Positions 20,365 through 31,190 of a DNA stretch of 64,000 nt are shown here, one piece after another (position 1 is the first letter of the stretch; the number at the start of each line of letters is the position of its first letter). Source of the stretch: an uncultured Acidobacteriota bacterium (GTDB taxonomy: Bacteria > Acidobacteriota > Vicinamibacteria > Fen-336); NCBI GenBank assembly GCA_964574335.1, contig CAZNNH010000003.1, positions 9,038-73,037 of the forward strand, read 5' to 3'. The notes beneath the pieces are model-generated. The model searched no databases. It was not told the origin of the DNA and saw only the letters and a program-made list of their open reading frames with translations. Both the position numbers and the translations under genes were made by a program.

Positions 20365-20490
20365 CCGGGGTACACGATCCCGATTCGACGGAAGCGGTGC
20401 CATGGGGACATGACCCGAATCCGTCGGCAGCCCGGGATTCGGGATCGTGTCCCCATGGCCGGTCTCGCCGAAATCGGGTCATGTCCCCGG
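20365..20490. repeat. Array of four about 25-bp imperfect repeats in F-F-R-R orientation, including a 59-bp near-perfect palindrome
   Basis: Copies sit at 20365-20391 (ccggggtacacgatcccgattcgacgg), 20400-20427 (ccatggggacatgacccgaatccgtcgg), 20431-20458 (cccgggattcgggatcgtgtccccatgg, inverted) and 20467-20490 (gccgaaatcgggtcatgtccccgg, inverted). The span 20400-20458 is a long imperfect palindrome. Confidence 0.5.
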
Positions 20491-20595
20491 ATCTCCGGTT
20501 GGAGCTCCTACCATCAGCCCGCGATACCGAACACGTCGTGTCCAGTCGGCAGGCCCACGGAGCCGAAGTCCGTCGGCGCCTTCTGGTACAGGACA

Positions 20596-21372
20596 CTAGC
20601 GCCCGCCCCGATGACGCTCGTGGATCAGACGCAGGCCGGTCAGGGTCAGCACCGGGTCCACCACCTCGATCGATGGGATGTCGGCGGCCAGCACCTCGGC
20701 CAGGCCGCCCGTGGCCACCACCCGGGCCGGCTGGCCGAGCTCCTCGCGAATGCGGAAGATGATCCCCTCCACCATGCTGCAGTAGCCGAAGTAGAGGCCC
20801 GACTGCATCGACTGCACCGTCGAGCGCCCCACCACCCGCGCCGGCTTCCGTACGTCCACCCGCGGCAGCCGGGCGGCCCGTTGGAACAGGGCGTCGGCGC
20901 TGATCCCGATCCCCGGGCAGATCACCCCCCCGAGGTACTCGCCGCCCTCGGTCACCACGTCGAAGGTGGTGGCGGTGCCGAAGTCGACGACCACGCAGGG
21001 GCCACCGAAGGCGGCGAGCGCGGCCACCCCGTTCACGATCCGGTCCGCGCCCACGTCGGCTTGAGGCTCGTAGAGGATGGGCATCCCGGTGGGAACGCCC
21101 GCCTCCACCACCAGCGGCTCCTGGCCCAGGTCTCGCTGGCAGAGGGCCACCAGCACGGATGTCAGCGGGGGCACCACGCTTGCCAGGGCCACCCCGCCGA
21201 TCTCCCGCGGGTCGATCTCGGCCGAGGAGAAGAGGTTGCGGATCAGGATCCCGTACTCGTCGGCGGTCTGCTCGCGCCGCGTGGTCAGCCGCCAGTGGAC
21301 TTCCAGCCTCCCGTCCCGATGGACGCCGAGCACGGTGTGGCTGTTGCCGACATCGATGGTCAGGAGCATCAT
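20596..21372 (-). CDS. coaX: Type III pantothenate kinase
   Basis: 258 aa. N-terminal 'LLTIDVGNSHTVLGV', and 'GADRIVNGVAA', 'VVVDFGTATTFDVV', 'GLAEVL' match the CoaX/Baf (ASKHA fold) family. Confidence 0.9.
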   Translation of the reverse strand: MMLLTIDVGNSHTVLGVHRDGRLEVHWRLTTRREQTADEYGILIRNLFSSAEIDPREIGGVALASVVPPLTSVLVALCQRDLGQEPLVVEAGVPTGMPILYEPQADVGADRIVNGVAALAAFGGPCVVVDFGTATTFDVVTEGGEYLGGVICPGIGISADALFQRAARLPRVDVRKPARVVGRSTVQSMQSGLYFGYCSMVEGIIFRIREELGQPARVVATGGLAEVLAADIPSIEVVDPVLTLTGLRLIHERHRGGR

Positions 21373-21385
21373 GCCGCCAGGATCC

Positions 21386-22183
21386 TCACGATGACCCGCG
21401 CCGGAGCGTCCAGGCCTCGCCCGAGTGGACGCTCATCGTGGAGCCGTCCGGCTGCCGAAGCTGCAGCCCCCCGTCGGCGTCGACTCCCAGCGCGATCCCG
21501 CGACAGGCTGCCCCGCCGAAACACACCTCTACTTCCTCCCCCCACCACGGCACGGAGCGCTGCCTGAAGGCGTCGAGAATCGCGGGACCACCCTCGCGGG
21601 TGAGGGCATGATACCAGACGCGCAGACGGCCCACGATCCGGGCCGCCATCACCAGCGGGTCGGAGCCGGAGCCGCTCTCGGCGGCAACGCTGGTCGCGTC
21701 CACGCCGGCCGGCGCCACCGTGAGGTTGACACCGCACCCGAGGACCACGAAGGTCGTGCCACGCGCCTCCGTGCTCGCCTCGGCCAGCACACCGGCCAGC
21801 TTGCGGCCCCCGACCACGACGTCGTTCGGCCATTTCAGCAGCGCCGCCACACCCAGCGAGGCAAGCGCCTCGTGAACCGAGACGGCCGCGGCCAGCGGGA
21901 TCAGGGTCAGGCTGACAACGGCCGGGTCCGGCCGCAGCAGCACCGAGAGATACAGGTTGCCGGCCGGCGACACCCAGGTCCGGCCCCGGCGGCCGCGACC
22001 GGCCGTCTGGCACCCCGCCAGAACCAGGCTCCACTCCGGCGCCCCCTGGGCGGCCAGATCGCGAAGCCGATCGTTCGTCGACGGGAGCGCGCGGTGGAGC
22101 TCCATGATGGCCGGAACCGCGCCGGCATCCTGCTCCAGCAGTCGGACCAGCCTCTGAGTCTCGGGGCTCGACAAAGGGCTCAC
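21386..22183 (-). CDS. birA: Biotin-[acetyl-CoA-carboxylase] ligase (BirA catalytic and C-terminal domains, no HTH)
   Basis: 'QTAGRGRRGRTWVSPAGNLYLSVLL' (biotin-binding GRGRRGR motif) and 'LKWPNDVVVGGRKLAGVL'. It lies directly upstream of coaX, which is the common birA-coaX arrangement. Confidence 0.85.
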   Translation of the reverse strand: MSPLSSPETQRLVRLLEQDAGAVPAIMELHRALPSTNDRLRDLAAQGAPEWSLVLAGCQTAGRGRRGRTWVSPAGNLYLSVLLRPDPAVVSLTLIPLAAAVSVHEALASLGVAALLKWPNDVVVGGRKLAGVLAEASTEARGTTFVVLGCGVNLTVAPAGVDATSVAAESGSGSDPLVMAARIVGRLRVWYHALTREGGPAILDAFRQRSVPWWGEEVEVCFGGAACRGIALGVDADGGLQLRQPDGSTMSVHSGEAWTLRRGSS

Positions 22184-22232
22184 TCGCGCCCGCGGGCACG
22201 GGCGTGGCTCGGCGGGACGTCGAGATGCCGCC

Positions 22233-23867
22233 TCAGGTCTCCTGGAGCTCCTTCTTGAGGCGCTCGATCTCCTGGGTGATGAGGGTCTCGGCCAGCTCGG
22301 GGATCACCTCCCAGGCGATCTCACGAACCACCTTCTCCGAGACCTGGGCGATCACCCGGCGCGCGATCTGCTCGACGTCCTCCGGGGCGACCCCCACATC
22401 GGCCGCCTCGCTCACCGGGGCCTCGGTCGCAGACGTCGTCACCAGGTCCCCGAAGGACTCCTCGGCCAAGGCCGGTGGCGGCTCGATCGCCTCCGGCTCG
22501 CCGCCCACGTCTTCCTCCACCTCGTCGAAGACGGGAGGAGCCGGGGGAGACGACGGGTAGGCCGACTCGACGCTGGCGCGGGCCCGCTCCTCCAGAGGCA
22601 CCTCGAGGGTCGCCACCCGCTTCTCGGCGGTCCCCGGCGGGCCTGGGCTCAGGTCCTCCTCCGCCCCAGGAGCGGAGGCTGGCAGCTCGGCGCCGAACTG
22701 CTCCAGTCCCGCGTCATCGTCGAATGACTCGGCAAAGCCCGAGGCAGGCTCCTCGCTCGGTGCCTCCTGACCCGACGGCACGAGGTCTGCCGCGGCCTCG
22801 GGCTCGAAGGCCGGCTCGGGGATCTGCTCCACCGGCTCGCCGATGAAGGGCTCGTCCGCCGCGCCCATCGGATGCTCCGCCGGGGCCTCGCTGATGAAGG
22901 CTTCGTCCACCACCGGCTCCACGGGCGCCTCGGCGGCTTCCGCCTCGACCCCTCCGATGAAGGCCTCATCCGCCGAGATCGGGGGCTCCATGGGGGCCTC
23001 CGGCTCGCCGACGAACACATCGTCCGCCGCGTCCAGGGACGGCGGGGCTTCCGCCGACGGCGCCTCCTCGATGTCGGCGAAGCTGGGCACCGAGTCGAAG
23101 ACGTCGGCAGGCTCGGCCGAGAGGCCTTCGCCCCCGACCAGCGGCCCCTCCGGCGTTTCGTACGAGAGCGCCCCCTCGGAAGCGGGAGCGAAGGCGACCT
23201 CCTCCGGAAACGCCTCTTCGGCTGGCGGCTCGGGCGCGGCCTGATACGGCTCCCAGACCACCTCGGGGCCGCGCGGCGCCTCTTCGCTCGGGTCCGAGAC
23301 GAAGGAGGGCTCGGGCCGCGGGGCCGAGACGGGGACCGTGGAGGCCGCCGCCGGCGCGGCAGGCTGCGGCGGCAGAGCGGCCGGTGCGGGCGGAGCGGCG
23401 GGACCAGCAGGCGCCGGCGCCGCGGACGGGGCGGCGGTGGGCGCCGGCCGCGGCGCGGGCGCGGGTACCGCAGCCACCGCCGACGGCGCGCGCTGCGCGG
23501 TCTGGGCCAACAGCTCCTTGACCTTGGCGATCAGCGTCTGTGGCTCGAAGGGCTTGGCCAGCGACCCGTCGGCGCCGACCCGGGTGGCCTTCTCTTGATC
23601 GAAGGGCTCGAAGGCGCCGGTCAGCAGGAGCACCGGGACGTGGGCGAGTCGCGGGTTCTGCTTCACGAACTGGCACACCTCGTACCCGTCCTTCTCGGGC
23701 ATGATGATGTCGCACAGGACCACGTCCGGCTGGACCTCTTCGGCGCGCTCGATGGCGAGCCGGCCGTTGCCCACCGTCACCACATCGAAGTCCTCGTCCA
23801 AGAAGGTCAGCTCGATGACCTTCTGGATCGTGATGCTGTCGTCGGCCAGCAGGATCCTCTTGCCCAT
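22233..23867 (-). CDS. Response regulator with an N-terminal receiver, a long Pro/Ala/Glu-rich disordered linker and a conserved C-terminal helical segment (RomR-like architecture)
   Basis: REC domain (KRILLADDSITIQKV...DVVLCDIIMPEKDGYEVCQFVK...LLLTGAFEP). About 350 aa of low-complexity PAAPA/EAPxEE repeats follow. The C-terminus 'IARRVIAQVSEKVVREIAWEVIPELAETLITQEIERLKKEL' looks structured. The start is taken at MGKRILL. Confidence 0.7.
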   Translation of the reverse strand: MGKRILLADDSITIQKVIELTFLDEDFDVVTVGNGRLAIERAEEVQPDVVLCDIIMPEKDGYEVCQFVKQNPRLAHVPVLLLTGAFEPFDQEKATRVGADGSLAKPFEPQTLIAKVKELLAQTAQRAPSAVAAVPAPAPRPAPTAAPSAAPAPAGPAAPPAPAALPPQPAAPAAASTVPVSAPRPEPSFVSDPSEEAPRGPEVVWEPYQAAPEPPAEEAFPEEVAFAPASEGALSYETPEGPLVGGEGLSAEPADVFDSVPSFADIEEAPSAEAPPSLDAADDVFVGEPEAPMEPPISADEAFIGGVEAEAAEAPVEPVVDEAFISEAPAEHPMGAADEPFIGEPVEQIPEPAFEPEAAADLVPSGQEAPSEEPASGFAESFDDDAGLEQFGAELPASAPGAEEDLSPGPPGTAEKRVATLEVPLEERARASVESAYPSSPPAPPVFDEVEEDVGGEPEAIEPPPALAEESFGDLVTTSATEAPVSEAADVGVAPEDVEQIARRVIAQVSEKVVREIAWEVIPELAETLITQEIERLKKELQET

Positions 23868-24083
23868 CTCCTCAGGCCCTCCCCGCACAACCGGCCTCAA
23901 CGCACGCCAAGACGCGTCACCCGGTGCCCGGGCCCCGCCTCGGTTGAGAACCAGACAGGTGCCGCGATGTCGCCCTCACGATAGACGCCTTCTCCCCGTA
24001 TGTCAAGGAATCGTCTATGGTTGCGGAGTCTGGGGAGTCCCCTTCGCGGCCCCTGGGCGGCTCCGCCGGGCGGCCGATCGGGC

Positions 24084-24539
24084 TCAGTCACGCTCGGCGG
24101 CGGCCCGGACGCCGCTGACGATGTCGGCCAGCCGGGCCCCGGGTAGGAACACCGCCGAGACACCCTGTTCCTTCAGCTCCGCGATGTCCCGATCGGGGAT
24201 GATGCCCCCGACGAAGAGCTTGACCCCGCCGAGTCCACGCTCCCGCAACAGCTCCAGCACCCGCCGGCAGATCGGCAGGTGGGCGCCGGAGAGGATCGAC
24301 AGACCGACCACGTGGGCGTCCTCCTGCGCGGCGGCGGCCACGATCTGCTCGGGGCTCTGGCGGAGCCCCATGTAGATGACCTCCATGCCCGCGTCGCGCA
24401 GCGCCCGCGCCACCACCTTGGCACCTCGGTCGTGGCCGTCGAGGCCCGGCTTGGCGATCACGACCCGGATCCGGCGCGCTCCGCCGGTCCCTCGGGTCGC
24501 CCCTTCGCGGGGATCTTCGGGCATCTCCAACTCCTCCAT
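24084..24539 (-). CDS. Methylmalonyl-CoA mutase, small (B12-binding) subunit
   Basis: B12-binding domain: '[35 protein letters not shown]' carries the DxHxxG cobalamin-binding motif. 'GGIIP' is present. Confidence 0.85.
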   Translation of the reverse strand: MEELEMPEDPREGATRGTGGARRIRVVIAKPGLDGHDRGAKVVARALRDAGMEVIYMGLRQSPEQIVAAAAQEDAHVVGLSILSGAHLPICRRVLELLRERGLGGVKLFVGGIIPDRDIAELKEQGVSAVFLPGARLADIVSGVRAAAERD

Positions 24540-24569
24540 CTCGCGCCCGGCTCGGCGCCGGGTCCCTGG

Positions 24570-26201
<1,632 letters not shown>

Positions 26202-26217
26202 GAGCTCAGAATCGATT

Positions 26218-27267
26218 CTAGTCCTGGACCAGCCGCTCCACCACGTCGGCCCAGGTGTGGGCGCGCGCCGACTCCGCCGCTGCCGCTCCCATCCGTGAGG
26301 CGGTGGTCGCGTCCCCGGCAGCCTCGAGCCAACCGGCGATGGCCTCGGGAGTCGGCGCCCCGACCCATCCGTTGTGGCCGTGGCGGACCAGCTCGGCCGG
26401 CCCCCCGCTGTCGGTGGCCGTGATCACGGCCTTCTCCGAACGGAACGCCTCGAGGGTGACGAACCCGTAATCCTCGTTCCAGGGGGCAAAGAAGACGGCG
26501 CGGCAGCCGGCGTAGAGGTGCACCAGCTCGGCCTCCCCGACCGCCCCCAGCAGCTCGACCCGCCCTGCCAGCCCGAGCTGGTCGATCCGGGCCTGCAGGC
26601 GGGGGCGCTCTTCGCCCTCGCCGACGATCTTGACGCGCAGCGAGGGGGCGCCCGGGAGCGCCGCCGCCTCCACCAGCAGGTGGAGGCGCTTGAGCGGGTG
26701 GAGCCGCGACACCGCCAGCACGTAGTCGCCGTACCCGTCGTTCCTATAGGGACGCTCCGGCGCGGGTGGGTACAGCACCTGGCTCGGGATCCCGCCCATC
26801 TCCGCCAGCCTCCCCCTTATCGTGCGCGACTGGGCGTAGAGACGGGTGACGTTGCGGGTCAGCAGGTGCCGGTCCAGCCTCCGAAAGACGGCTCGACGGA
26901 CCCGCTCCTTGAGACGCCCCCGTCGTCCCAGACCCCGGACGAAGCGCGCCCACAGGTCGTAGTACTCGCGCATCCGGTGATTGAGCCAGCAGATGTGATG
27001 CGGGTGACGGACCGCATACGACGGGAAGCGGAAAGAGATCACCTGGTCGATGGGCCGCCCGTCGGCGGTCTGTTCGACGTCGGTGAGCCAGGTGGCCAGG
27101 TAGGCGCTGAGCTGCCGGCCGAAGCGATTCTGCGGGGTCACCAGCAGCTCCGCGTCGTGGCCGGCCCGCCGCAGCGCGGCGCAGGTGTGCTCGGCGATCA
27201 CCATGTGCCCGCCGCGCACGAACAGGGCGCCCGACGTCACCACCAGGATCCGCCGGCGGCTTCCCAT
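26218..27267 (-). CDS. Glycosyltransferase family 1 (GT4-type)
   Basis: 349 aa starting at [10 protein letters not shown]. It has the GT1 C-terminal Rossmann fold with the E-x7-E region ([27 protein letters not shown]). The ATG overlaps the upstream gene's TGA in an ATGA overlap. The 837-aa ORF call merges two genes. Confidence 0.8.
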   Translation of the reverse strand: MGSRRRILVVTSGALFVRGGHMVIAEHTCAALRRAGHDAELLVTPQNRFGRQLSAYLATWLTDVEQTADGRPIDQVISFRFPSYAVRHPHHICWLNHRMREYYDLWARFVRGLGRRGRLKERVRRAVFRRLDRHLLTRNVTRLYAQSRTIRGRLAEMGGIPSQVLYPPAPERPYRNDGYGDYVLAVSRLHPLKRLHLLVEAAALPGAPSLRVKIVGEGEERPRLQARIDQLGLAGRVELLGAVGEAELVHLYAGCRAVFFAPWNEDYGFVTLEAFRSEKAVITATDSGGPAELVRHGHNGWVGAPTPEAIAGWLEAAGDATTASRMGAAAAESARAHTWADVVERLVQD

Positions 27268-28018
27268 CAGGACGTCGTCTCGCGGCCCCGTAGGACGCGG
27301 GCCGGGACCCCGGCGGCGATCACCCGGTCGGGGAGATCCTGGGCGACCACGGCGCCCGCCCCCACCACCACGTCCGCCCCGATCGTCACCCCGTCCAGCA
27401 CCTTGGCGCCGGTGCCCAGCCAGACGTTGGGTCCCAGCCGGATGCCCCGCGAGCTGCGGGGCTGCTCCAGCACCGGCACCCCGGCCTGGTCGAACTGGTG
27501 GCCGCCGCCCACCAGGTAGGTGTAGGCGGCGAACAGGCCGTGATCCCCCACCGTCACCGTCGAGCCCGAGAACACCTCCGAGTGGAAGCCGATGTTCACG
27601 TGCGCCCCGAGCTCGATGTCGCCGTTCTTGCAGGAGAGGATGGTGCCCCGGCCGAGGAAGGCGTGGTCGCCGATGGTGATGCCGTGGTTGTGCTCGCCCT
27701 TGGCGTCCAGCACCACCAGGTCGTCGACGATCACACCGTCGCCCAGCCGGATCTTGTGAGGATGGCGCAGCACGACCCCGTGGCCGAAGGTCACGTTGCG
27801 CCCCACCGCGCCCAGCAACCAGCGATAGCAGACGCGCCGGAGGGCCAGCCCCAGCGCCCCAGGGACCCAGGAGGTGGCCGTGATCACGATCTCGTGAAGC
27901 AGTAGCCGGGCCAGGCCGCGGCTCCCCACCACCAGGTCCTGGTACTTGCGCAGTGCCGAGCGGCCCTCGGCCCCCACCGCCTCCTGGATCCCCTCCTGGT
28001 GCCGGCTGGCGGTGTCCC
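27267..28018 (-). CDS. Hexapeptide-repeat (left-handed beta-helix) acetyltransferase
   Basis: Tandem hexapeptide repeats (IGDHAFLGRGTIL, IELGAHVNIGFHSEVF, VTVGDHGLFAAY, IRLGPNVWLGTGAKVL, VTIGADVVVGAGAVV). The start is proposed at the TTG at 28018 with a GAGGGGGAGG Shine-Dalgarno sequence 4 nt upstream. An upstream alternative cannot be excluded. Confidence 0.7.
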
Positions 28019-28125
28019 CGTGCTCCAAAGCCTCCCCCTCGCCGCGCTCTGCGCGCAGGTTTGACCGTCTCGCGCAACGTACTGTAGCATGAGGCCTTTG
28101 CGGGAGGCTGTCCCGCGCCCACGGA

Positions 28126-29103
28126 ATGCCCGTCGCCCCCGAGAACCGCACCCGAACCTCCCGACCGGTGCGCCGGCCCGGTCGCCCTCGACCGGTCGTG
28201 CTGCTGGGCCTGGTGGCCGGCTGCCTGGCGACGTCCACCTGCGGTGGCGGCTCGCCGAGCGCCCCCTCGGATCGCCCCCCACCCCAGGGCACCGAGCTGC
28301 CCACCCTTCCGGTGCCGCTCAGCCCGGTGGCCGGGGCGCAGGTGGCCACCGACACCCCGACGCTCGTGGTCCAGAACGCCCGCGGCTTCGACGTCGGACA
28401 GGCCCAGTACACCTTCCGGGTCTTCACCGCCTCCGGCGCCCACCAGCTCGCCGAGGCCGCCGCCCCCGCCGGCTCGGGCAACACCTCGGTCCAGCTCACC
28501 ACCCCCCTCCCCCGCGGCATGCTGCTGATCTGGAACGTGGTAGCGCGCTCGGCGACCGCCGAGGCCGGCTCCACCTACGCCAGCTTCGTCGGGCCCAGCG
28601 TGGACTGCCTCGCCGCCGCCGACCCCTTCGCCAAGCGGGTGGTGGACTGGTGGATCTCCGAGTGCTCGCTCGAGCACGACATCTACAACGACCCCGAGGA
28701 GCTGCTCGGACCGCCGGACTCGTCCGGACACGGACCCGACCAGTACACGGGCTTCGTATCGCTGGGCGAGGGCGGGTACGTGACGGTCGACATGGAGGCC
28801 TGCGCGGTGGATGCGCCTGGCCCCGACGTCCGGGTGTATCAGCGCGCCTCGGCGGAGCCGGTCACCCTCTACGCCGCCGGCCAGCCCGAAGGCCCCTTCG
28901 TCCTCATCGAGTCACGCAAGCCGTGCGGCGAGGCCATCGAAGGAACCCGCTCCGGGATGTGCGAGTTCGACCTCGCCCTCGGTGAGGTGCAGGAAGCCCG
29001 TTACCTGCGGATCGAGGACGGCGAGCTGTTCCCGTGTCCCGGCACCACGGTGACGGAAGGCGCCGACATCGACGCCGTGGAGCTGCTGAACCACCGGCCA
29101 TGA
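28126..29103 (+). CDS. Hypothetical secreted lipoprotein
   Basis: Signal peptide with lipobox (LLGLVAGCLATSTC). The mature part has normal composition and several Cys. No recognised domain. Its stop overlaps the next gene's ATG. Confidence 0.5.
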   Translation: MPVAPENRTRTSRPVRRPGRPRPVVLLGLVAGCLATSTCGGGSPSAPSDRPPPQGTELPTLPVPLSPVAGAQVATDTPTLVVQNARGFDVGQAQYTFRVFTASGAHQLAEAAAPAGSGNTSVQLTTPLPRGMLLIWNVVARSATAEAGSTYASFVGPSVDCLAAADPFAKRVVDWWISECSLEHDIYNDPEELLGPPDSSGHGPDQYTGFVSLGEGGYVTVDMEACAVDAPGPDVRVYQRASAEPVTLYAAGQPEGPFVLIESRKPCGEAIEGTRSGMCEFDLALGEVQEARYLRIEDGELFPCPGTTVTEGADIDAVELLNHRP

Positions 29104-30056
29104 AGCGGGGCGCGCTGGTGGTGCTGAAGGTCGCCGTCAGCCTGGGGCTGCTCGGCTACCTGTTCGCCACCACCGATCTCGAGGCCCTGCTCCAGAGGGT
29201 GCGGACCGGAGACCTGCTGCTGCTGGCGGCGGCGGTCTTCCTCTACGCCGCCATGCTGGGCCTGTCCACCTGGCGCTGGGGGCTGCTGCTGAGCGCCCAG
29301 GGCTACCCTGCCCCGCTGCGGGACCTCTCGGCCTCCTACCTGGTGGCCACCTTCTTCAACAACTTCCTCCCGAGCAACATCGGCGGGGACGTGATCCGGA
29401 TCCGCGACGGCTCCCGCCTGACCGGCTCCACCACCGCCTCGGTGGCGATCGTGGCCATCGACCGCATCCTCGGCTTCGGCGCCCTCTACTTCCTGGCCGC
29501 CGCCGCCTTCGCGTTGGGAGGCACCGAGGTCCGTGAGCTGGCCGGGGCACGAGCCGTGGTCGTCGGTCTCGGGGGCTTCTTCGTGGTGCTGGCCTACGTC
29601 TTCTTCCAGCCCGGCACCGCCCGTCGCGTCATGGCCGCCACGCGGCTGAACCGGATCGGCTGGGCGCGCGACCGCTTCGAGACCGTGCAGGCGGCGGTCC
29701 ACGTCTACCGGAAGGAGCTGCCCACGGTCTTCCTGGCCCTCGGGGCCAGCGTGGCGCTGCAGGTCCTGATCGTCTTCTACTTCTTCGCCGTCGCCCACTC
29801 GCTGCGTATCCCGCTCCCGCTATCGGCCTGCTTCCTGATCGTGCCGCTGTGCACGCTGGTGCAGGCGATCCCGGTCTCCTTCAACGGCTGGGGGATCCGG
29901 GAGAGCCTGTTCATCGTCTACTTCGCCCAGGTCGGCCTCTCCCGAGACAGCGCCCTGGCCTTCAGCCTGGTGGGGGCCAGCCTGATCGTGCTGCTGTCGC
30001 TCTCGGGCGCCGTGGTCTGGACCACTCGCCGCCGGGACCAGCCGGCGGAGGGTTGA
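29100..30056 (+). CDS. UPF0104 / lysylphosphatidylglycerol-synthase-TM-like (flippase-like) integral membrane protein
   Basis: About 8 TM helices. Motifs 'FFNNFLPSNIGGDVIRI' and 'PVSFNGWGIRESLF' are typical of the PF03706 (LPG_synthase_TM / TIGR00374) family that is commonly linked to glycosyltransferases. Confidence 0.7.
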   Translation: MKRGALVVLKVAVSLGLLGYLFATTDLEALLQRVRTGDLLLLAAAVFLYAAMLGLSTWRWGLLLSAQGYPAPLRDLSASYLVATFFNNFLPSNIGGDVIRIRDGSRLTGSTTASVAIVAIDRILGFGALYFLAAAAFALGGTEVRELAGARAVVVGLGGFFVVLAYVFFQPGTARRVMAATRLNRIGWARDRFETVQAAVHVYRKELPTVFLALGASVALQVLIVFYFFAVAHSLRIPLPLSACFLIVPLCTLVQAIPVSFNGWGIRESLFIVYFAQVGLSRDSALAFSLVGASLIVLLSLSGAVVWTTRRRDQPAEG

Positions 30057-31183
30057 TGCCGATCTCGGTGCTCCACGTCTGCGACAAGTTCGGCGTCGCC
30101 GGCTCCAGCATCCACGGCGTCTCGCGGCTGTTCGCCTGGTGGTTCCCCCGCTACGACGGGGCGCGCTTCCGGATCGCCCTGTGCGGCCTCAAGCACCCCG
30201 AGCCCGCCACCGAGCGGCTGCGCGAGCAGGGGATCGAGGTCGATCACCTCGGTCGCGGCCGCTTCGACCCGCGGATCCTCGGCGACCTGGTGAGCCGCGC
30301 ACGACGGCTCGACGCGCGCATCCTCCACGTTCACGGCTACGCCGCCGCCGACTTCGGCCGCCTGGCCGCGCGCCTGGTCGGTGCGCGGCTGGTCCTCCAC
30401 GAGCACTTCGCCGATCCCCGCATGCCCGCCTACCAGGGGCTCGCCGACCGGCTGCTGGCGCCGCTCACCGATCGGGCCATCGCCGTCAGCGAGTCGACCC
30501 GCCGGTTCCTGGTCGAGGAGCGACACGTCGCTGCAGACCGGGTGCGCTTGATCTGGAACGGGGCGCCGCTCTCGGAGTTCGCCCCCGGCGATCCGGGACG
30601 AGGGACACGGGTGCGTGGAGACCTCGGCATCCCGCCCTCGGCCCCGCTGGTGGGCATCGTCGGCAGGCTGAGCGCCCAGAAGGGGCACCGATACCTGATC
30701 GAGGCGTGGCCCCAGGTGCGGCAGCGACACCCCGCGGCACGCCTGCTGGTGGTGGGAGACGGCGACCTCCAGGCGTCGCTGCGGGGACAGGCCGAGGCCC
30801 TCGACGTCGCGGCGTCGGTGCTATTCGCCGGCCACCGCACCGACATCCCGGCGGTCCTCCAGGCCCTCGACGTGCTCTGCATCTCCTCCACCTACGAGGG
30901 GACGCCGCTGGCGCTGTTCGAGGCGATGGCGGCCGGCAAGGCCATCGTCTCCACCGCGGTCGACGGCTGCCTGGAGGTCCTGGAGGACGGGGTCACCGGG
31001 CTGCTGGTGCCGCCGGGCGACGCCCCCGCGCTGGCCCAGGCGCTCGATCGTGCCCTCGGGGACAGGGCGCTGCGCCGAGCGATCTCCGAGGCGGCGCTCG
31101 CCGCCTCGCGCCGCTACGACGTCGACGCCTGCGTGCGCCAGATCGAGCAGGTCTACGAGGAGCTGCTGGGCGACGCCGCCTGA
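30056..31183 (+). CDS. Glycosyltransferase family 1 (GT4-type)
   Basis: 375 aa. N-terminal GT4 domain (ISVLHVCDKFGVAGSSIHG) and C-terminal Glycos_transf_1 with E-x7-E (YEGTPLALFEAMAAGKAIV). The start overlaps the previous stop in a TGATG overlap. Confidence 0.85.
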   Translation: MPISVLHVCDKFGVAGSSIHGVSRLFAWWFPRYDGARFRIALCGLKHPEPATERLREQGIEVDHLGRGRFDPRILGDLVSRARRLDARILHVHGYAAADFGRLAARLVGARLVLHEHFADPRMPAYQGLADRLLAPLTDRAIAVSESTRRFLVEERHVAADRVRLIWNGAPLSEFAPGDPGRGTRVRGDLGIPPSAPLVGIVGRLSAQKGHRYLIEAWPQVRQRHPAARLLVVGDGDLQASLRGQAEALDVAASVLFAGHRTDIPAVLQALDVLCISSTYEGTPLALFEAMAAGKAIVSTAVDGCLEVLEDGVTGLLVPPGDAPALAQALDRALGDRALRRAISEAALAASRRYDVDACVRQIEQVYEELLGDAA

Positions 31184-31190
31184 GCCCGGG

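Noticed and set aside
20365-20490. Possible CRISPR array
   Set aside because: There are only four copies, their orientation alternates, the units are imperfect, and the intervening spacers are about 10-17 nt. No cas genes are present.
26218-28731. A single 837-aa ORF
   Set aside because: It is a read-through of two genes: the GT1 at 26218-27267 and the hexapeptide acetyltransferase at 27267-28018, joined by an ATGA overlap. The N-terminal about 240 aa are junk.
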